IMG/VR virus record: IMGVR_UViG_3300031627_000893
Source: an uncultured virus (IMG/VR IMGVR_UViG_3300031627_000893)
Lineage: Duplodnaviria; Heunggongvirae; Uroviricota; Caudoviricetes
Direction: 5' to 3' (one strand)
DNA length: 20,000 nt
Each line of letters begins with the position of its first letter. Within the stretch, counting starts at the first letter, position 1. Position numbers and translations under genes: made by a program. Under the pieces are notes generated by a model, which was not told the origin of the DNA, did no database searches, and worked only from the letters and a program-made list of their open reading frames with translations. Positions 16,727 through 20,000 of this stretch are shown here, in pieces.

Positions 16727-16906
16727 ATGAAAAAACTAGTACTCTCATTATTGGTGTTGGCTGGAATCGCCTCCATCGGATGCACCACAACCCTGAGCGT
16801 TGGCCCTAAAGCTAATGAAGGAGATGGTTGGGCCGATGCTTCCGTTAAAAAGGATAGCATCAGCTTGACTATTCCATTCGTTTCTGCTGAATTGAAAGCG
16901 GATTAA
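16727..16906 (+). CDS. Small lipoprotein (59 aa; below the ORF track cutoff)
   Basis: MKKLVLSLLVLAGIASIG-CTTTLSVGPKANEGDGWADASVKKDSISLTIPFVSAELKAD*: signal peptide II with a lipobox-like SIG-C, followed by a terminator. Confidence 0.75.
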   Translation: MKKLVLSLLVLAGIASIGCTTTLSVGPKANEGDGWADASVKKDSISLTIPFVSAELKAD

Positions 16907-16927
16907 CGATTATCACTGCTGCTCGAC

Positions 16928-16961
16928 AAATCCCCTTAGGACCCCCTGAGGGGATTTTTTT
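16928..16961 (+). terminator. Probable intrinsic terminator
   Basis: AAATCCCCTTAGG-ACCC-CCTGAGGGATTT (one bulge, one G-U pair) plus a T-run, about 20 nt after the lipoprotein stop. Confidence 0.7.
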
Positions 16962-16971
16962 AAATTTAGAT

Positions 16972-17436
16972 ATGTTTGACCTAAGTACTCAGTATCCGAG
17001 CCCAGAAGCGATCCTCGTCGCTGTAAGCGGCTATTTTGACCCATTCCATGTAGGCCATCTAGAATATCTCGAGCAATCAAAGAAACTCGGGACGGATTTG
17101 ATCGTAATTGTCAATAACGACGAACAAGCAAAATTAAAAAAAGGTGAGTCCTTTATGAATGAGGATGACAGGCTTAGGATCATTAACGCTCTATATGTTG
17201 TCGATTATGCAATAATATCAAAAGATAAAGATCTGTCGGTATGTAAAACTCTCGAGATAATCAGACCCTCAATATTCGCTAATGGCGGAGACAGAAAAGA
17301 GGAAGAAATCCCCGAATCCCAAATTTGTAGAGAATTAGGAATAGAAATGGTGGACGGTTTAGGGGAGAAGATAAGGTCTTCCTCGGAAATCGCGGAACAG
17401 ATACGGGAGTTGTCAGCCCGAGCCCAGTTGGAGTAA
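16972..17436 (+). CDS. Cytidylyltransferase-like nucleotidyltransferase (HxGH family; RfaE-domain II/TagD/RibL-like)
   Basis: VSGYFDPFHVGHLEYL, IVNND...KKG, FANGGDR, KIRSSS. Confidence 0.9.
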   Translation: MFDLSTQYPSPEAILVAVSGYFDPFHVGHLEYLEQSKKLGTDLIVIVNNDEQAKLKKGESFMNEDDRLRIINALYVVDYAIISKDKDLSVCKTLEIIRPSIFANGGDRKEEEIPESQICRELGIEMVDGLGEKIRSSSEIAEQIRELSARAQLE

Positions 17437-17576
17437 GAGGTAACGAGAAAAAGGGTTTTCTCGTCAACGTAAGTACAAGCCGTCAACTATAAGTGAAAAA
17501 GTCATCTTCTTATGAACTGTTTAACCCACAAAAACAATAAAACTGACTCAAGAAGAGTATAAGGTAATTAGAAGAA

Positions 17577-17696
17577 ATGAAGAAGATATTTGATATGGCA
17601 GACTCTGTAGTCCTTCCCTTAATGGTAGTTTCATTTAGTTTGATTTTGGGGGTACACCTTTCAATCGTAGCAGCATTCTACTATCTACTAAGATGA
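17577..17696 (+). CDS. Tiny hydrophobic membrane peptide (39 aa)
   Basis: MKKIFDMADSVVLPLMVVSFSLILGVHLSIVAAFYYLLR*. Fills an otherwise empty gap and is closely followed by another small ORF. Confidence 0.45.
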   Translation: MKKIFDMADSVVLPLMVVSFSLILGVHLSIVAAFYYLLR

Positions 17697-17700
17697 TAAT

Positions 17701-17796
17701 ATGAAGTATGAAGAATGGCTGGAATGGAGAGAAGAGTATTTCAAAAAGAATCCGCATGTAAACGGGAAGAAGCAAAAGATAATAGAAGAAATCTAG
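17701..17796 (+). CDS. Tiny hypothetical protein (31 aa)
   Basis: MKYEEWLEWREEYFKKNPHVNGKKQKIIEEI*. Starts 4 nt after the previous stop and ends 3 nt before the convergent gene's stop. Confidence 0.4.
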   Translation: MKYEEWLEWREEYFKKNPHVNGKKQKIIEEI

Positions 17797-17799
17797 AGA

Positions 17800-18117
17800 T
17801 TAGCTTCCCTCTTTAAGTTGTTTAAGTTCAACCTTCAACTCCTCTATCTCCTTCTGTATATACTCTATCCGTAAATCTTGCTTAGCATCATCCGGTAAAG
17901 CTCCCAACTCTCCTCTAGGCCATTTAACCCTGAACTCATTGTTCATCTTGACCGTGTCCTGCATACGAACCACATCCAATTGCAATTGTGCAAGTTGAGC
18001 AGTAAGGGTAAACCATACCCCAGCAATAGATAATATAGTCAATACGATTCCAACCAAAGACTTCACATCCAATTTAACCTGAGAATCCTCCTTTATGTCT
18101 ATATCATGGTCGCCCAT
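17800..18117 (-). CDS. Single-pass membrane protein with a C-terminal coiled coil
   Basis: SLVGIVLTILSIAGVWFTL TM helix, then heptads flanking KWPRGELGALPDD. The ATG at 18117 is preferred over the GTG at 18120. Confidence 0.75.
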   Translation of the reverse strand: MGDHDIDIKEDSQVKLDVKSLVGIVLTILSIAGVWFTLTAQLAQLQLDVVRMQDTVKMNNEFRVKWPRGELGALPDDAKQDLRIEYIQKEIEELKVELKQLKEGS

Positions 18118-18126
18118 CACATTACC

Positions 18127-18133
18127 TTACACT
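18127..18133 (-). promoter_or_regulatory. AGTGTAA motif (putative phage promoter)
   Basis: TTACACT on +, 9 nt before the ATG at 18117. Confidence 0.65.
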
Positions 18134-18155
18134 TTTAGTCCCCCCAAAAACTAAC

Positions 18156-18920
18156 TTAAACCTTCTTCAGTGCCTTTACGATGTATTTTACTAAAGCAGA
18201 TCTCATTACATCGTCCTCATTGAACTCAAAAGTTTCTATACCCTGTTCTCTAGCCTCCTCATTAGAGAATGCCGTTTCTATCCTGTCAAATCCCCCCTGA
18301 AGCTCTTTTCTGTGAAGATCGGTCTGTGCAGGGTCCGCCAAAACAAAGCACCTAGAGCCTTCTCCGAGCCTAGTCAAGACCGTAGTGATCTCTTTCATTG
18401 AACTGTTCTGTGCTTCGTCCAAAATAATGCATTTTGACTTCCAACTCATACCTCTAGCAAAGTTAACAGGGTACATTGAGATGCGTCCCTCTCTCTCTAA
18501 TCTCTCAGCAGTAGCGTCAGTGACCAGTTCGTCCAATTTGTCAAGGAAAGGCAGATTATAAAACCTGAGTTTGTCCTCCGCTGAACCCGGTAAGAAACCC
18601 AACTTGCTTTCTGAGCTCTCAACAGCCGACCTTAGGTACATAATGTCTGAGATCTTCTTCTCATTTAAGAGTCTCAACCCGCAATAGACCGATAAGAGTG
18701 ACTTGCTTGTACCAGCAGGTCCTTTAACGAGCATAATCTTAGTGTTTTCCGCCAAAGCGATCTTAAAAAAGTCTCTTTGTTTGGCTGTCCAAGGAAATTG
18801 CTTTAGCTTTAAAGATCTTCTTATAGGATTCGGATTAGCAGAATCTATTGCATCGATGATCTCGGTGGCTACATCCTGTTTGAGTTTAGTCCTTGAAGGG
18901 CTCCCGCGCTTTTTGCTCAT
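18156..18920 (-). CDS. phoH: PhoH-family ATPase (non-canonical motifs)
   Basis: GPAGTSKS, RSAVES, LGFLPG, ILDEAQN, LTRLGEGS, QTDL, DVMRSALV. Confidence 0.92.
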   Translation of the reverse strand: MSKKRGSPSRTKLKQDVATEIIDAIDSANPNPIRRSLKLKQFPWTAKQRDFFKIALAENTKIMLVKGPAGTSKSLLSVYCGLRLLNEKKISDIMYLRSAVESSESKLGFLPGSAEDKLRFYNLPFLDKLDELVTDATAERLEREGRISMYPVNFARGMSWKSKCIILDEAQNSSMKEITTVLTRLGEGSRCFVLADPAQTDLHRKELQGGFDRIETAFSNEEAREQGIETFEFNEDDVMRSALVKYIVKALKKV

Positions 18921-18932
18921 ACGTGACGATAC

Positions 18933-18939
18933 TTACACT
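18933..18939 (-). promoter_or_regulatory. AGTGTAA motif (putative phage promoter)
   Basis: TTACACT on +, 12 nt before the phoH ATG, overlapping the upstream TAG. Confidence 0.6.
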
Positions 18940-19645
18940 ACGAAAACCAGCCCGTGAATGATAGCCTGTGATTAGTCACCCCTCCTACGACGTGAGACAC
19001 GTAATGAGGGACACCTGAGGACTTTGGAATATTGAATATAGTAAGCTGATTATACTTTGGCATAACTACTTTTGAAATTGTTCTGTAATTCCTCTCCATT
19101 ACATGCAACATGCCACCCCACTCTGGCTTCCAATCTTTAGTCACGTTATATACGAACCCGATTTTGCCTTTATTCGTGTCATGGTGTGGACTTAGAAATT
19201 GAAATTCTTTGTACCGTGATATAAATAGCTCCCCTGTGCCCTTTAACTCTTCCCCTGCGAGTCCTCCCACCCATTTCATAGTGTTTGGACTGCGTATCCA
19301 CGTTTTGAACTTGCACTCATCACAGTCACAACTAGCGTGATGCCCTGTAGACCTATCAAAGTTATAGGAGAAGTGACCATTTATGAATGATTCTTGAGCC
19401 TTATCCCTATTATTTTGCAAATGTTCTGAATTCTTGGGATCATGCCGCACATTCTCTACCCCATTTTGATCGCAAGTACTTTGAGACCACCAGTCACTTG
19501 GATAATTTGCAATGAAGTTATAAACCCAATCCGCCGATTCTGGCTTTAACCAATCTTCGACAACAGTCGATCCCTTCTCATTATATTCTGTCCCTATTTC
19601 CCAAATATTTAAATCGGGGCTAATCAAATCAGACAACTCATTCAT
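18938..19645 (-). CDS. 2OG-Fe(II) oxygenase, prolyl-hydroxylase-like
   Basis: FLSPHHD (HxD), WKPEWGGML, PKYNQLTIF, PHYVSHV (distal His), RLSFTGWF (2OG-binding RxS). AAGGA SD. Confidence 0.92.
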   Translation of the reverse strand: MNELSDLISPDLNIWEIGTEYNEKGSTVVEDWLKPESADWVYNFIANYPSDWWSQSTCDQNGVENVRHDPKNSEHLQNNRDKAQESFINGHFSYNFDRSTGHHASCDCDECKFKTWIRSPNTMKWVGGLAGEELKGTGELFISRYKEFQFLSPHHDTNKGKIGFVYNVTKDWKPEWGGMLHVMERNYRTISKVVMPKYNQLTIFNIPKSSGVPHYVSHVVGGVTNHRLSFTGWFS

Positions 19646-20000
19646 TCTTCCTTAATTTTATCCTGTATGCTTAGAAAGCCCTAAAAATAAAAAGGGTCCC
19701 GCCGATTTTTTCACTTCTAAGCTCTTTTGATCCCTTCGATTTTGACTTTCATGCTCAAAAGACAGGGTCATCCATGGCGAAATAGAAATTCACCCCCTGT
19801 TCCCAAAACGACGTAAACGCCGCCCCACGGCTTTTCAAAAAGGGTGGCCACCCCCCTTATTTAGAGGGGGGGCTTTTCGGCGGTGGAATTTTTGTGGAAA
19901 ACTTTTTTCAGATTCTGAGATTTTTTTCTTGACACGATTTTTTGTTACCGATCCGAAATTTCAGAAAACACATTTTAGGATTTTGAAAACATTTTTTCTG
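19646..20000. other. Non-coding region with a GC-rich hairpin and multiple T-tracts
   Basis: No ORF of 60 aa or more. CCCCCCT-TATTTAG-AGGGGGG stem at 19851-19871 followed by GCTTTT; homopolymer runs continue to the window edge. Confidence 0.55.

Noticed and set aside
17443..17464. Perfect hairpin ACGAGAAAA-AGGG-TTTTCTCGT after the cytidylyltransferase
   Set aside because: AT-rich stem with no U-tract on either side, so it is not callable as an intrinsic terminator.
3321..18957. Remaining opposite-strand or overlapping track ORFs (e.g. 4482-5033, 5694-6008, 7418-7747, 12377-12772, 16530-16790, 17205-17486, 18703-18957)
   Set aside because: They lie antisense to well-supported genes and have shadow-type Ser/Phe/Leu-rich composition.
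19929..19957. TTGACA as a host -35 element
   Set aside because: No TATAAT-like hexamer at 16-18 nt spacing (TCCGAA at 17).
1..20000. tRNA, CRISPR array, intron/intein or alternative genetic code
   Set aside because: No cloverleaf or repeat-spacer pattern seen; terL, portal and capsid are uninterrupted and of normal size; TAA, TAG and TGA all act as stops at tight gene junctions.

Overview
A 20 kb segment of a tailed dsDNA bacteriophage (Caudoviricetes) genome covering the packaging, head and part of the tail/lysis modules, almost all on the minus strand. Read from right to left: a non-coding structured region; 2OG-Fe(II) oxygenase; atypical PhoH; a membrane/coiled-coil protein; a short plus-strand block (HEXXH protein, small lipoprotein, cytidylyltransferase, tiny ORFs); a tightly coupled operon (Zn-ribbon protein, ECF-like sigma factor with a Cys-rich insert, tandem-repeat/coiled-coil protein, C2H2 zinc finger-ERCC4/XPF nuclease, large terminase); portal; an internally duplicated tail-tube-like protein; a holin/lipoprotein membrane cassette; prohead protease with a nested scaffold; a probable decoration protein; major capsid protein with a cUUCGg terminator; a fibre adaptor; and a collagen-like fibre that runs off the left edge and is missing from the ORF track. 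The strongest unexplained signal is the heptamer AGTGTAA, found in sense orientation 9-14 nt before six start codons that lack a Shine-Dalgarno, plus a variant inside the protease gene before the scaffold start. It is a candidate single-element promoter for the phage's own Cys-insert sigma factor. All family calls come from motif recognition by eye, not database searches. No tRNA, rRNA, CRISPR array or mobile element was seen.
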